Source of the DNA: a virus
Taxonomy: Duplodnaviria; Caudoviricetes
IMG/VR virus record: IMGVR_UViG_2706795090_000001
Coordinates: 2,709-66,708 of that record
DNA: 64,000 bases
Reading direction: 5' to 3' (one strand)
The first letter of the stretch is position 1, and each line of letters opens with the position of its first letter. Below are positions 1-9,979 of this stretch, piece after piece. The notes beneath the pieces were generated by a model. It searched no databases and was not told where the DNA came from. It worked only from the letters and a program-made list of their open reading frames with translations. The position numbers and the translations under genes were made by a program.

Positions 1-92
1 ACACCATAAAGATTTATGAAGAAGTACAAGTGGTAGATACACTGATTACACCTATTGGTTAAAAAACTCTGTAAAAGTACCAAGGAGAACCA

Positions 93-278
93 ATGAAATT
101 ACTTGAGACTTATAAACATAAATCTGATGCTGATTGTTTCTTATTTAATTATAACTGTCTTGGCTATGATGGTTGGTTACATAAGAAAGATCTGCAGTTA
201 AGTAAAAAATTTTATACCTTTAAAGAACGTGATTGTGTTTATCGAATTACACAAACACAAGGCAACTCCGTTGCCTAA
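93..278 (+). CDS. microprotein, MKLxxTY family
   Basis: 61-aa ORF starting MKLLETY, with AGGAG RBS. Confidence 0.7.
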   Translation: MKLLETYKHKSDADCFLFNYNCLGYDGWLHKKDLQLSKKFYTFKERDCVYRITQTQGNSVA

Positions 279-329
279 CACAAGATTCTCTTTCCCCTTA
301 ACCACCTGTTGTACTGGATAGTTATTCTG

Positions 330-352
330 CGTGCTTCGCACGAACTGTGGAA
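330..352 (+). promoter_or_regulatory. candidate virion-RNAP hairpin promoter
   Basis: CGTGC-TTC-GCACG (template strand contains GCGAAGC) followed by AACTGTGGAA; same layout at 62816. Confidence 0.65.
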
Positions 353-391
353 TTTATCCAAAATCAATTTAATTTAACTAAGGAGTCTATT

Positions 392-625
392 ATGGCCATC
401 GAAACTCAAGCACCAAAATCAAACGCAAAGAAAGAATATGCTGGCTATCTGAATTTGAAAATCAAGGATAAGCAAGGCAACTTCCATTCAATTCCTGCCT
501 TCATTGGATTGGAAAATGACAAACCAATTCACCGTGCCCTGCTGAAGAAAGCAGAAGCTGGTGAAACTGAATTCGAAATCGTTGGATATGTAAATATCAA
601 AGACGATTCTGAAATCGAACTGTAA
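392..625 (+). CDS. N4 gp2-like ssDNA-binding transcription activator (putative)
   Basis: AGGAG RBS before ATG 392; AGYLNL motif and acidic C-terminus; first gene after the hairpin element and upstream of the RNAP genes. Confidence 0.5.
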   Translation: MAIETQAPKSNAKKEYAGYLNLKIKDKQGNFHSIPAFIGLENDKPIHRALLKKAEAGETEFEIVGYVNIKDDSEIEL

Positions 626-628
626 GTA

Positions 629-667
629 AATTAGGCTACTCACTTAGTGGGTAGCCTAATTCTTTTT
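629..667 (+). terminator. intrinsic terminator
   Basis: AATTAGGCTAC...GTAGCCTAATT stem followed by T-run. Confidence 0.75.
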
Positions 668-680
668 AAATAGGTGCTCT

Positions 681-947
681 ATGTTGAAACCTGAATACTT
701 AATGGAAGTAGCAAGTAAAGTTGGTTATGTAGTTGATAAGTTTGTACCAACTGGTGCAATCAAATTAACCAATGAGAATGCACCTGTAATTGCTGCTTCC
801 AGAATACAAGTGAAGTTACCTAAGATAGTCGAAGAGATGAATCAAGGGTTAAATCCAATCATTGCTGCTGCATTACTCTTAGATACTTCTAAGAATGTGG
901 CAGTTACCTATCAAACTATTGAATACTTAATGAACCAAGAAGGTTAA
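681..947 (+). CDS. hypothetical early protein
   Basis: 88-aa ORF with AGGT RBS. Confidence 0.7.
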   Translation: MLKPEYLMEVASKVGYVVDKFVPTGAIKLTNENAPVIAASRIQVKLPKIVEEMNQGLNPIIAAALLLDTSKNVAVTYQTIEYLMNQEG

Positions 948-949
948 CC

Positions 950-1189
950 ATGAGTGAAAGCAAAACAATCACTATAAAAGTGAAACCGGACAATTCGAGT
1001 GAAGAACTTCAAAAAATATTGAAACAATTCAAAATGGAAACAGAATTTTCTCAAGATACTTTCACCATCCCATTTGATAATCATGTCATTATCCCAAATG
1101 GTCCATTGCTATTTATTCTCCCAGACAGGTTAGATACTTGTGTCTGTTTGGAACCCCATGAATTCGAAATTTTAAACAAAGAAGGTTAA
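950..1189 (+). CDS. hypothetical protein, paralog A
   Basis: aligns by eye with 1194..1433. Confidence 0.7.
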   Translation: MSESKTITIKVKPDNSSEELQKILKQFKMETEFSQDTFTIPFDNHVIIPNGPLLFILPDRLDTCVCLEPHEFEILNKEG

Positions 1190-1193
1190 TCAA

Positions 1194-1433
1194 ATGTCAG
1201 ATGAAAATGTAAAAGTACTTTTCAAAGTAACTCCAAAGAATGATGAATCAGAACTCAAACAGATGTTAGAAGAGTTTGAAGCAACTGATGAAAAACTGAC
1301 TGGTATTGTCACTATTCCAAAGACAAACCAACTAGTGACTGAAGAAGGCCATCTATTGATGGTTCATCCTCATCGCTTAGACTTTGCTCAAGCATGTGAA
1401 CCAGATGAGTTTGTAGCTCTAGCTGAACAGTAA
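1194..1433 (+). CDS. hypothetical protein, paralog B
   Basis: shares KVxP, EL, TIP, GxLL, PxRLD and EPxEF with 950..1189. Confidence 0.7.
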   Translation: MSDENVKVLFKVTPKNDESELKQMLEEFEATDEKLTGIVTIPKTNQLVTEEGHLLMVHPHRLDFAQACEPDEFVALAEQ

Positions 1434-1447
1434 TATTCAATTCAGAT

Positions 1448-1478
1448 ATAGGGTAGCCATTAGGTTACCCTATTTTTA
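1448..1478 (+). terminator. intrinsic terminator
   Basis: ATAGGGTAGCC/GGTTACCCTAT stem followed by T-run. Confidence 0.7.
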
Positions 1479-1493
1479 TTTAAGGTGTTTAAT

Positions 1494-1700
1494 ATGTTAT
1501 TGATAGAGACTTACAAAAATACCCAAGAAAAGGATAATCCTACCATTTGGTTTAATCGGGGTTTCTTTATTGGCTATATTCAATTGGATAACGGGTTCTG
1601 GTCTAACTCTTACACTGATGTGGCTTTTAAGAAATGGTTAAGAACTGGTGTATTTGTACGTTTAACCCAGAAATCAACAATAGCTGATTTAATCAATTAA
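1494..1700 (+). CDS. microprotein, MKLxxTY family
   Basis: internal ATG gives MLLIETYKN...IWF. Confidence 0.6.
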   Translation: MLLIETYKNTQEKDNPTIWFNRGFFIGYIQLDNGFWSNSYTDVAFKKWLRTGVFVRLTQKSTIADLIN

Positions 1701-1718
1701 CTTAATAGGACTAAACAA

Positions 1719-2660
1719 ATGAAAACTATGTTACCAAGAGATTACCAATTGATGCTTGAAAATAAATACTCAAAAGCAAATATTCGTAGTTACATCTTAA
1801 AAGATATAGCAGAGTGCAAAGAGTTAATGGATAAGTTAACTGTATGTACTCAGTCTATTAAGATTTGGATTAATGAAAACCATTATGAATCCAAGAAAGA
1901 ATCTCTACAGAAGTTAAAAGAAGTAGATATTACTGAGCTACTGGTAGATATGTTAAGTGTGTTGCTTACCCAATCTTACAAGATGGAGATTACTGCTGCT
2001 GTTGGATTAGTAGCTGGATTTACTCCTTGGGAAGATTACAAGGAAGCAATAAAACGTAGTGCTGAATTACTTTACCATATGGCAGCATGCGACATTATTG
2101 ATATGTCTCCTGCTTTCCTAAGTGAAACAGATACTATCCTCATTTCCAATAAATATGGATTAAGTGGTGAAACTGCTAAGTACATTGAAATGAGTAAGTT
2201 TACTCCTCCAATGGTTTGTGTACCTGAGACTGTTAAGAATGCAAGAGAGTCTGGTTATTTAACTAAACAGAAGTTCTCTATTATAAAGTCAAAGCATATG
2301 CACAACTTCCCAATCAATCTATCTTCAATTAATAAATTTAATTCAACTCCTTTGAGCTTGGATATGGAATTTCTGAAGATGGTTGAAGATGAAATAAGTA
2401 TTACAGTGGATTCAGAGAAAGAAGTGGAAATGCAAACCAAGAACTTCAATAAGTTTCGACTAGAGACTTACGATGTTTGTTTGGAAATGTATAAAGCTGG
2501 TAATCAGTTTTATCTAACTACTTTCTATGATGCTCGTGGACGTACTTATTCAAGGGGATATCACATCAACTATCAAGGTAACTCTTACCGTAAAGCAATG
2601 ATCAATATGATGCCAGCAGGCATCAATGAAGACATTGAACAATACAAGGATTTGTTCTGA
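1719..2660 (+). CDS. N4-like RNA polymerase II subunit 1
   Basis: PPMVCVP and FYLTTFYDARGRTYSRGYHINYQG (DxxGR) motifs of the N-terminal half of T7-type RNAP. Confidence 0.92.
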   Translation: MKTMLPRDYQLMLENKYSKANIRSYILKDIAECKELMDKLTVCTQSIKIWINENHYESKKESLQKLKEVDITELLVDMLSVLLTQSYKMEITAAVGLVAGFTPWEDYKEAIKRSAELLYHMAACDIIDMSPAFLSETDTILISNKYGLSGETAKYIEMSKFTPPMVCVPETVKNARESGYLTKQKFSIIKSKHMHNFPINLSSINKFNSTPLSLDMEFLKMVEDEISITVDSEKEVEMQTKNFNKFRLETYDVCLEMYKAGNQFYLTTFYDARGRTYSRGYHINYQGNSYRKAMINMMPAGINEDIEQYKDLF

Positions 2661-2875
2661 TGCAACTACATAAGACTTACTATGACAGTGCTGAATATGT
2701 TCCTGATTCTATTTGGTTTAAGTTTAAAAATAGTACTTGGATATATAGAACATACCGGCAAACATTTAATCCCTGCTTACAAGACTATTTAGACCCAAAC
2801 CATGAATTACACCACGATATGAAACCAATTCCACTTAATTGGATTATTGGTACTCAAGGACAAACTACTAACTAA
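2660..2875 (+). CDS. microprotein, MKLxxTY family, between the RNAP subunit genes
   Basis: MQLHKTY...IWF; start overlaps the RNAP1 stop. Confidence 0.65.
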   Translation: MQLHKTYYDSAEYVPDSIWFKFKNSTWIYRTYRQTFNPCLQDYLDPNHELHHDMKPIPLNWIIGTQGQTTN

Positions 2876-2893
2876 CTTAATAGGGCTAACAAA

Positions 2894-3333
2894 ATGAATA
2901 AATACACTCCAATCGAATACATCATGATTCAAATCGCTAACTCATTTGGTAAAGATAAATTACTGTTTGAAGAACGAATTGAATGGGTTAAAACCAATGG
3001 TAAGAAACTACGTACATTGGCTGATGAAGCTGATGATAAAGCTCAATACATTCGTGCTGTACTTGAATTAGAACGTGTATTGAATGGTCAGAAGTTTACT
3101 AATCTACCAATTGGTTTAGATGCAACTGCATCTGGTCTACAAATCCTATCTATCTTATCTGGTTGTGTAACTACCGGTTCTCAAGTTGGTTTGGTAATCC
3201 CAAATAAACGTTGTGATGTATATACGTCATTGGCAAACTACATGAATGAATACCTACCAGAAGATAAACATATTGTACTCTCAGGTACTCCAAGAAAAGA
3301 TCAGTTCACTAGAGATGATTTAAAAGATCCCTT
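2894..3333 (+). CDS. RNA polymerase II subunit 2, exon 1
   Basis: GLDATASGLQ (motif A); ends RDDLKDP-TT; spliced product is 408 aa. Confidence 0.9.
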
Positions 3334-4208
3334 AGATTGTTGAGGCTTTATACAGCAATGTATATCGAATAACTACGTGAATTCATGGAAAACCCTAACG
3401 TAAAGTCGAGGGCAATCATGAGCCAAGTTGACTTAGTTTAGTTAAAAAGTAATAATCACATAAAAGTGAACAATGGAGACTTTTATGTGTAACCTGCAAA
3501 CTAAACAATGTAATCAGTGTAAAGAAATTAAACAGATATCTGAATTCCCTAAGATTACTCATAATCAATTTAGAAGTTCAAAAGGAAGTTCTGGAACTCA
3601 TTCTTACTGTAAAAAATGCAGAAATACTACAGCAAGGGAATGGAGAAAGAATAACCCAGATTATCGGGGAACAGGTAAACTTAGCAAATATCCTAAGCAA
3701 GATAAGTTATTACTTTCTGCTATCAGAAGTAGAGTTTCTGATTGTAAAGGTAGAATACGCAGGGCTAATCCAGCTTGTGTAAACTTATTTGATTTAGATA
3801 CTGATTATATGTATGAACTCTTTAAGAAACAGGAAGGTAAATGTGCACTTTCCGGTACTAGTTTATCGCTTATTAAAAACGATTTGAATGTTCTATCTAT
3901 AGATAAAATCGAACCAAATAAGGGATACACTAAAGGAAATGTGCAATGGCTTTCATGGGCAGTTAACCGAGCTAAAGGTGAAATGTCTCAAGAAGAGTTT
4001 ATTGAACTTTGTCAAAAGGTGCAGAGACTATCGAAAGCATAACCGAAAGGTGAAGAAGCGAGTAGAGTAGGTTCAAGTGAACCGAAGTGCGTAGCATCTC
4101 TAACTAGAGATGATGATATAGTCCGACCTCGTATGAAAATACGAGCAGTTTGTAGCTGGAGAACTATAAACGGGGATAGTAATAACGAAACTGTCTTGAA
4201 CATTAGTG
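3334..4208 (+). mobile_element. group I intron in RNAP2
   Basis: exon ends in U paired with G in P1 (CCUU|AG with UUGAGG); P7 GACTA 4026 / TAGTC 4119; terminal G 4208; splicing restores KDPL-MTHFY (motif B). Confidence 0.88.
3473..4042 (+). CDS. intron-encoded HNH-like homing endonuclease
   Basis: CxxC zinc motifs; KQEGKCALSG...SIDKI...GYTKGNVQWLSWAVN. Confidence 0.8.
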   Translation: METFMCNLQTKQCNQCKEIKQISEFPKITHNQFRSSKGSSGTHSYCKKCRNTTAREWRKNNPDYRGTGKLSKYPKQDKLLLSAIRSRVSDCKGRIRRANPACVNLFDLDTDYMYELFKKQEGKCALSGTSLSLIKNDLNVLSIDKIEPNKGYTKGNVQWLSWAVNRAKGEMSQEEFIELCQKVQRLSKA

Positions 4209-4995
4209 AATGACACATTTTTATTTCTCTAAGGAACAACCAAAGAAAGTATTTGGGGATAACACTGTTGAACTAATTGCTTTCTATAAAGCTGTAGAAC
4301 AAATGGCACCGGGTGCTAATGCATTGATGCATGATATCTATGGAGCTATGCGTAAGGATGCTACAGAGTACAAATGGACACTTCCTGATGGTCATACAGC
4401 ATTTACTCGTGTATTCGTTGAGAAAGATTTCAAGGTTGAACTTGAAGAGTTGAAGAACCGTTCTGGCAATTCATCTACCTTTACTCACCGTATGAATGTA
4501 AATGCACCAAATGAGCGAGATGTGGCTCTAGTAGCTAACGTAGTTCACTCAGTGGATGGATTCCTTGTACGTGAGATGCAAGGACGTATGAACCATAACA
4601 AGAAACAGTTACTGAAAGTATTGGATGTAACAGCAGGATGTAAAGTAACCATTAGAGATGAAATGGTTTCTATCTATGAAGCTGAACATCTACTAAACGG
4701 TAAAACTCAATATACTGATAATACTCTTGGTTTACTAAGAGAAGTAATTGAATCAATTATTGAGAACCCAGTTGCACCAATGACTTCAGTACATGACCAG
4801 TTCAATACTGTTGCACCATTCTGTAATCAGATGCGTCAATATTATATTGATATTTGTGCTCAAATGGCTGAATCAAATATGATTCAAAATATTCTACGTG
4901 AATTATACTTCAATCCAAACCTACGGTATGTGAAAGAGGGTAATCACCTAGAATTAGCTAAAGCTATTCGTAACTCGAATTACAGCATTTGTTAA
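4209..4995 (+). CDS. RNA polymerase II subunit 2, exon 2
   Basis: WTLPDG, ANVVHSVDG and SVHD (motif C). Confidence 0.9.
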
Positions 4996-5002
4996 ACAAT
5001 AT

Positions 5003-5033
5003 TCGGTACTCTTCGGAGTACCGGTATTTTTTT
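5003..5033 (+). terminator. intrinsic terminator
   Basis: CGGTACTC-TTCG-GAGTACCG followed by T-run. Confidence 0.85.
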
Positions 5034-5046
5034 CAGGAACCAATAC

Positions 5047-6010
5047 ATGAAACTACTTAGCACATACTCCCCAGCATTAGATAATGATGATCAAATAGAA
5101 ATTCCAGACGGAGAAATACTATATACACTTTATATGGATAAAAGATACGCTAGTTTAAAAAGATGGCCTTTTGGTGATGAAGAAGAAGTAAAAACTTACT
5201 GCGGTAATAAAGTTAAAAGGAACCAATAAATGAAATTATTAAATGTTTACAAGTTTATGCACAAGGAAAATCCTTGGATATTAGTAATACCTATTCACCG
5301 ATATAAATTACGTACTTTAAATATAATAACTAAACAATTTGACGTATATACTTTTAGAAAAACAAATTCAATGGAATACTGTTGTGGTGATAAATTAACA
5401 AGGAAAGATAATGAAATTATTTCCAACTTACAAAAATGACTATTGTAAATTCAGAATAACCAAGGATTCAAATGAAACTACTTAATATTTGGGTACACCC
5501 TACTGAACCTGAAAGTTGGTTCCACCACTTTAAATTAAATAACCAAGTAATAAGATTTATACCCTCACCAAAACATAAAATATGTACTTGCCCTCTCAGA
5601 AGAATACCGAATCATTTCGTTAAACTAGATAAACAATTAACAGTTCTTCGAACTGTTTAGTGGAGGTAAGTTTATGAAATTACTGAAAACTTATAACGGT
5701 CATAGGGTTGATTTTACAATATGGTACAAATTAGGCAGGTATTGTAAATATCGCGCAGACAATAAACTAGGTTATGTTGGAATAGTTGTAGGTGTAGATA
5801 AGGAACATTGGATAAATGTTAACTGTTATAAACGTATTCCACGTAAAATTAATAACCAACAAGATAGTCTAGGTTAACTGTATGAAGCTAATTAAAAACT
5901 CAGGAAGTTATAAACCAAAACTATATATAGTAAACCTACCTATTACTTATAAAGTTTGGTTCAGACCTCAGCATAAAGATTTTAAAATTAAAACAACAAA
6001 AGGAAATTAA
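5047..6010 (+). CDS. cluster of six MKL-family microproteins (starts 5047, 5230, 5411, 5472, 5674, 5882)
   Basis: N-termini MKLLSTY, MKLLNVY, MKLFPTY, MKLLNIW, MKLLKTY, MKLIKNS; abutting or overlapping. Confidence 0.65.
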
Positions 6011-6018
6011 ATATAAGA

Positions 6019-6264
6019 ATGAAAATAACTAAATATAATATTCACCATTTTCTAGATAAAATTGAATATGATTATTCAACAGAAACATTAACTTTCTATA
6101 CTAATATTAATGGTTATTACTTACCTGTAAGTATTATCAATATTAGTTTAGAACCAACAGTAGTAATTACTACTAATATTAAACAATTAGATAGTCTAGG
6201 CATTACTAGAGATAAACTATTTGAAGGTGTTATACGATGCAAGAATTTAAGAGGGTACTCGTAA
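6019..6264 (+). CDS. hypothetical protein
   Basis: 81-aa ORF. Confidence 0.5.
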   Translation: MKITKYNIHHFLDKIEYDYSTETLTFYTNINGYYLPVSIINISLEPTVVITTNIKQLDSLGITRDKLFEGVIRCKNLRGYS

Positions 6265-6509
6265 AAGTAAGTGTAGATAAGTTACAAAGCGGTTTATCTA
6301 TTAATAGTTTTGGCGCTAAACCAAAGTACTGTACTGGTTATAAATATGGTTCAGTTCCCTTTTATATACCTTTAAAGAGTTTACTTGAACAAGGATTTAA
6401 TTTTCCAGATAAGTCACCAGAGTGGTATGAACAAGGTAGTGCCCTAATAGACAACATACCTTGTTATATGTTTTGGCCTAGTGAAGTAGAAGTACTAGCG
6501 GAGAGTTAA
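6237..6509 (+). CDS. hypothetical protein
   Basis: 90-aa ORF with AAGGT upstream. Confidence 0.55.
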   Translation: MQEFKRVLVKVSVDKLQSGLSINSFGAKPKYCTGYKYGSVPFYIPLKSLLEQGFNFPDKSPEWYEQGSALIDNIPCYMFWPSEVEVLAES

Positions 6510-7019
6510 ACTGTATTCATGAATACCGCTAGCAATAGCTAATGCTAATTCTTCTTTATGGTTTTCCATAAGTAGATAGTCTACATCATTGTCAATGAAT
6601 CCCGGTTCTAGAATTACACAAGGCATACTAGTAGCTCGTAGGATTAGTTCACGTTCACTTGGTTTAACACCCCTATCACGTAAATCTAGAATATCTATAA
6701 TTGAATCCTGAATGAACTGTGCAAGCTTAGCACCACGTTTACTTGAAGGGTAATGAAGTACTTCAGTACCAGAAGCAATCTTATTGAATGCATTACAGTG
6801 AAGCTCTACAGCTACATCTGCACCAGTAGCATTAATTTTCTTAGGTAAGTCTTTCAGACTTTCCCGCCAAACCAATACAACTTCATGACCAAGTTTATGT
6901 AGTTGTTCTTTAATCAATGGTGCAAGTGCACTATTAAATTGAAACTCAGTAACACCATATGTTTGGTTTACTGCTCCTTGTTCCTTTTCTGAATGTCCTA
7001 CAGAAAGACAAATTTTCAT
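6495..7019 (-). CDS. N-acetylmuramoyl-L-alanine amidase (endolysin, Amidase_3)
   Basis: SVGH...E, VELHCNA, SGTEV and ILEPGFIDN motifs. Confidence 0.92.
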   Translation of the reverse strand: MKICLSVGHSEKEQGAVNQTYGVTEFQFNSALAPLIKEQLHKLGHEVVLVWRESLKDLPKKINATGADVAVELHCNAFNKIASGTEVLHYPSSKRGAKLAQFIQDSIIDILDLRDRGVKPSERELILRATSMPCVILEPGFIDNDVDYLLMENHKEELALAIASGIHEYSLTLR

Positions 7020-7042
7020 TTAATTACCTTTAGGAGTTTACT

Positions 7043-7339
7043 ATGAATCTGAAACACATTATTACCTTACGTGACCAAAAAATTCAAACACCTCGTTTAG
7101 TAATTCTTTGTATGGTTCACCATTTACAAATGAAAACTAACTCTGCATTTGTTGGTGAACTATCTGCTTTGTATTCACAAGTAGGTCGTGGAACTTACAA
7201 CTATACAGCAGTAAATGTTATGTGTAATAAACTGGTTAAGACTGGTTTGTTACATAAAACCAAAGAAGGTATTTACCCTTCCTATAGTCTTACTCAACAA
7301 GCAGAGAAGCTAATCAAACCTTTTGTAGAAGAGTTCTAA
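7043..7339 (+). CDS. winged-helix DNA-binding protein (putative)
   Basis: C-terminal KLVKTGLL...YSLT wing pattern; AGGAG RBS. Confidence 0.5.
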   Translation: MNLKHIITLRDQKIQTPRLVILCMVHHLQMKTNSAFVGELSALYSQVGRGTYNYTAVNVMCNKLVKTGLLHKTKEGIYPSYSLTQQAEKLIKPFVEEF

Positions 7340-7340
7340 T

Positions 7341-7538
7341 ATGAAACTACTACCTACTTATAAGTACCTTCAAGTACCTTTTTCAGAAAGTACTGTTTGG
7401 TTTTCTTTCAATAATTCGGATGTGGGTATCGTTGATATTTCTGACCCAGTACACAATGCGGTAGAAATAGACCATGTGTGGAATGATGTTAATAATTTCC
7501 CTGATGATTTTGTAAGAAGAAATAAACAGGATAATTAA
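7341..7538 (+). CDS. microprotein, MKLxxTY family
   Basis: MKLLPTY...VWF. Confidence 0.65.
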   Translation: MKLLPTYKYLQVPFSESTVWFSFNNSDVGIVDISDPVHNAVEIDHVWNDVNNFPDDFVRRNKQDN

Positions 7539-7539
7539 T

Positions 7540-7701
7540 ATGAGCCCTAAAACTATCTCTGTACCTATAAATGATTTAGAAGAGCTTATTAAAGCTTATG
7601 ATTCTTGGGCAGGTTACCATGAACCTGATTATAGAGAATTATACTTAAGTCGTTTTAATAAGTTACGTGAAAAAATAAATAAAGAAAAAGAGCACAATTA
7701 A
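7540..7701 (+). CDS. hypothetical protein (53 aa)
   Basis: MSPKTISVP... fills the gap between coupled genes; read manually. Confidence 0.55.
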   Translation: MSPKTISVPINDLEELIKAYDSWAGYHEPDYRELYLSRFNKLREKINKEKEHN

Positions 7702-7702
7702 T

Positions 7703-8017
7703 ATGCTCTTTGACAAAGTTAGAAAAGCAAACCAATTAGAGTTACCCATTAACTACAATACTTCTCATTGGTCTGTTAGAAAACAAGCCAGAGAGCAATA
7801 TGTAACTCTACAAGATGGTAAATGTTGGTTCTGTAATAATTTACTTAAAGAAGAACCAACAAAAGAAATACTATCTAAACCAATCAATATAAAACTATTC
7901 CCTAAGAATATGTTTCAATACCCAATTCACTTACATCATGACCACAATACTGGAATGACAATTGGTGCAGTACATGCACGTTGTAATGCAGTGTTATGGC
8001 AATACTATGGACAATAG
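7703..8017 (+). CDS. endonuclease VII/HNH-like protein
   Basis: QDGKCWFC...HLHHDHNTG...VHARCN. Confidence 0.75.
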   Translation: MLFDKVRKANQLELPINYNTSHWSVRKQAREQYVTLQDGKCWFCNNLLKEEPTKEILSKPINIKLFPKNMFQYPIHLHHDHNTGMTIGAVHARCNAVLWQYYGQ

Positions 8018-8026
8018 GAGTCTACT

Positions 8027-8446
8027 ATGGCTATTAAATTACACTTGGTTCGAGATGATGAAACTAAAGTTGTTCCTTATGGTTTCTCTTGGACTACATT
8101 TATCTTTTCATTCTGGCCTTCATTAATTCGTAAAGATTGGTGGAGTGCTTTCAAAATTCTACTAGTAAGTTTCTGTACCACACTAGGTTTAACTCTTGCT
8201 GGTTCATTGGTTTACCACTACGAAGGTATGTATGGTGTATATCTATTTGTGTACCTATTAACTGTACTCATTGATTGGGTAATTGCAGATAAGGTAAACA
8301 GTTGGTATTCACGTAAACTTGCTTATCTTGGTTGGAAAGTGGATTGGGTTAAAACACTTGAATCCAATGAACGTATCCGTGAACCAAGAACAGTATTAAA
8401 TCTGTTAGCAGTAGATGGTTTTTCATTCAAAGGAGATTATAAATGA
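8027..8446 (+). CDS. membrane protein (DUF2628-like)
   Basis: GFSWTTFIFSFWP motif and hydrophobic helices. Confidence 0.6.
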   Translation: MAIKLHLVRDDETKVVPYGFSWTTFIFSFWPSLIRKDWWSAFKILLVSFCTTLGLTLAGSLVYHYEGMYGVYLFVYLLTVLIDWVIADKVNSWYSRKLAYLGWKVDWVKTLESNERIREPRTVLNLLAVDGFSFKGDYK

Positions 8447-8745
8447 AACAATTAAGTTTATTTATTTTACTTTTCCTATCTGTATTTATCTTTGGATGTA
8501 AATCTGAAGCAAATGTAAGAGACAATCAAATTTATCAGCTTGGTTTTGAATTCAAATTTAAAATTGGTAATTACACAAAGCTTTATCAACATAAAGTTAG
8601 TGGGAATTGTTATTCATGGAATAGTGAATGGCGTGGTGGTGAAATGTCATTGGTTCCTTGTTCTGACTTTGGATTACAAACCAAAGAAGAATTAGAACTA
8701 CTTGAGAAACAGCAATACTTAAAGTTAAAGGAAAAGTTTAAATGA
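8443..8745 (+). CDS. putative lipoprotein
   Basis: signal peptide ending IFGC lipobox. Confidence 0.6.
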   Translation: MKQLSLFILLFLSVFIFGCKSEANVRDNQIYQLGFEFKFKIGNYTKLYQHKVSGNCYSWNSEWRGGEMSLVPCSDFGLQTKEELELLEKQQYLKLKEKFK

Positions 8746-8936
8746 TTTACTTACAACTTCTTTTCTATGCTTTCGTAGTTATTTATGGTTTTTATGCGGC
8801 AATTAATATTGCAACTAATAAAGAACCATTCAACACAAGTGATTCAATATTTAATCGTATTGCTGCTGTGGTAGTTATTTTAATTGTAGTTTTAAATAGT
8901 ACCCTAGACTTTCTAATAGGTGTAATGAAACTATGA
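8742..8936 (+). CDS. small two-TM membrane protein
   Basis: two hydrophobic segments; ATGA-coupled. Confidence 0.6.
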   Translation: MIYLQLLFYAFVVIYGFYAAINIATNKEPFNTSDSIFNRIAAVVVILIVVLNSTLDFLIGVMKL

Positions 8937-9784
8937 TTGATTACCAGTACATCCAACTATGTAAACGTATCTTAGCTGAAGGTAAATGGGTAACTAATCA
9001 ACGTACTGGTAAACGTTGTTTAACTATTCGTAATGTTACCTTCCACTACACACCACTACTCTACGGTAATGGTTGGTATGGTAACTTCCCTTTGGACACC
9101 ACTCGTAAAAGCTTCTGGAAAGCAGCTATTGCAGAGTTACTTGGGTATTTGAAGGGTTATACCAATGCACATGAATTCCAAGCTCTAGGTGCTCCTACGT
9201 GGATTAACAATGCATACAATCCTGTATGGTTAGAGAATCCTAACTGTAAAGGTGGTGGTGATATGGGACATTGTTATGGTTCTGTAGGTCATAACTTTGG
9301 TGGGGTAAACCAATTCAAGAAAGTATATGATAATTTATCTGCTGGTATTGATGACAGGGGTGAGATTATTACCTTCTGGAAACCAGATGACTTCGATAAA
9401 GCTTGTTTACGTCCTTGTATGTTCCAACATCATTTCACTTTGATTGATGACCAACTATCACTTACTTCGTATCAGCGTAGTTGTGATGTTCCGTTAGGGC
9501 TAAACTTTAACATGATTCAAGTATATGTATTCTTGGTTCTAATGGCTCAGATTACAGGTAATCAACCATTGGGTGCTACGCACCATATTGTGAATGCTCA
9601 TATGTATGAAGACCAAGTAGAGCTAATGGAAGAACAAGTTAAACGTCAACCATTAGATATGCCTAAGCTTTGGGTAAATCCAAACATTACTACATGGGAT
9701 GATTTGATGAATGCAACTTTAGATGATTTCAAAGTTGAAGATTACAAACACCACCTTGCAATCAAATATCCATTTACTACTTAA
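8933..9784 (+). CDS. thyA: thymidylate synthase
   Basis: RTG, ELL, LRPC (catalytic Cys), YQRSCDVPLGLNFN, AHMY. Confidence 0.96.
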   Translation: MIDYQYIQLCKRILAEGKWVTNQRTGKRCLTIRNVTFHYTPLLYGNGWYGNFPLDTTRKSFWKAAIAELLGYLKGYTNAHEFQALGAPTWINNAYNPVWLENPNCKGGGDMGHCYGSVGHNFGGVNQFKKVYDNLSAGIDDRGEIITFWKPDDFDKACLRPCMFQHHFTLIDDQLSLTSYQRSCDVPLGLNFNMIQVYVFLVLMAQITGNQPLGATHHIVNAHMYEDQVELMEEQVKRQPLDMPKLWVNPNITTWDDLMNATLDDFKVEDYKHHLAIKYPFTT

Positions 9785-9793
9785 GGAACTGTA

Positions 9794-9970
9794 ATGGAAC
9801 GTGAGGATAAATTAATGGATGCTATTGATGTTCTGGTTCAATCTTTTATTGATAGTGGTGCACCTAACTTTCAAGGCCATCGTGTAGAAGATGAAAACAC
9901 AGGACAACAATACACCATTATCGTACACAAACTAGGTGGTTTAATTCCTGACCAATCTAAGTTTGAATAA
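9794..9970 (+). CDS. hypothetical protein (58 aa)
   Basis: AAGGA RBS; MEREDKLMDA...; read manually. Confidence 0.6.
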   Translation: MEREDKLMDAIDVLVQSFIDSGAPNFQGHRVEDENTGQQYTIIVHKLGGLIPDQSKFE

Positions 9971-9979
9971 GGTGAACCA

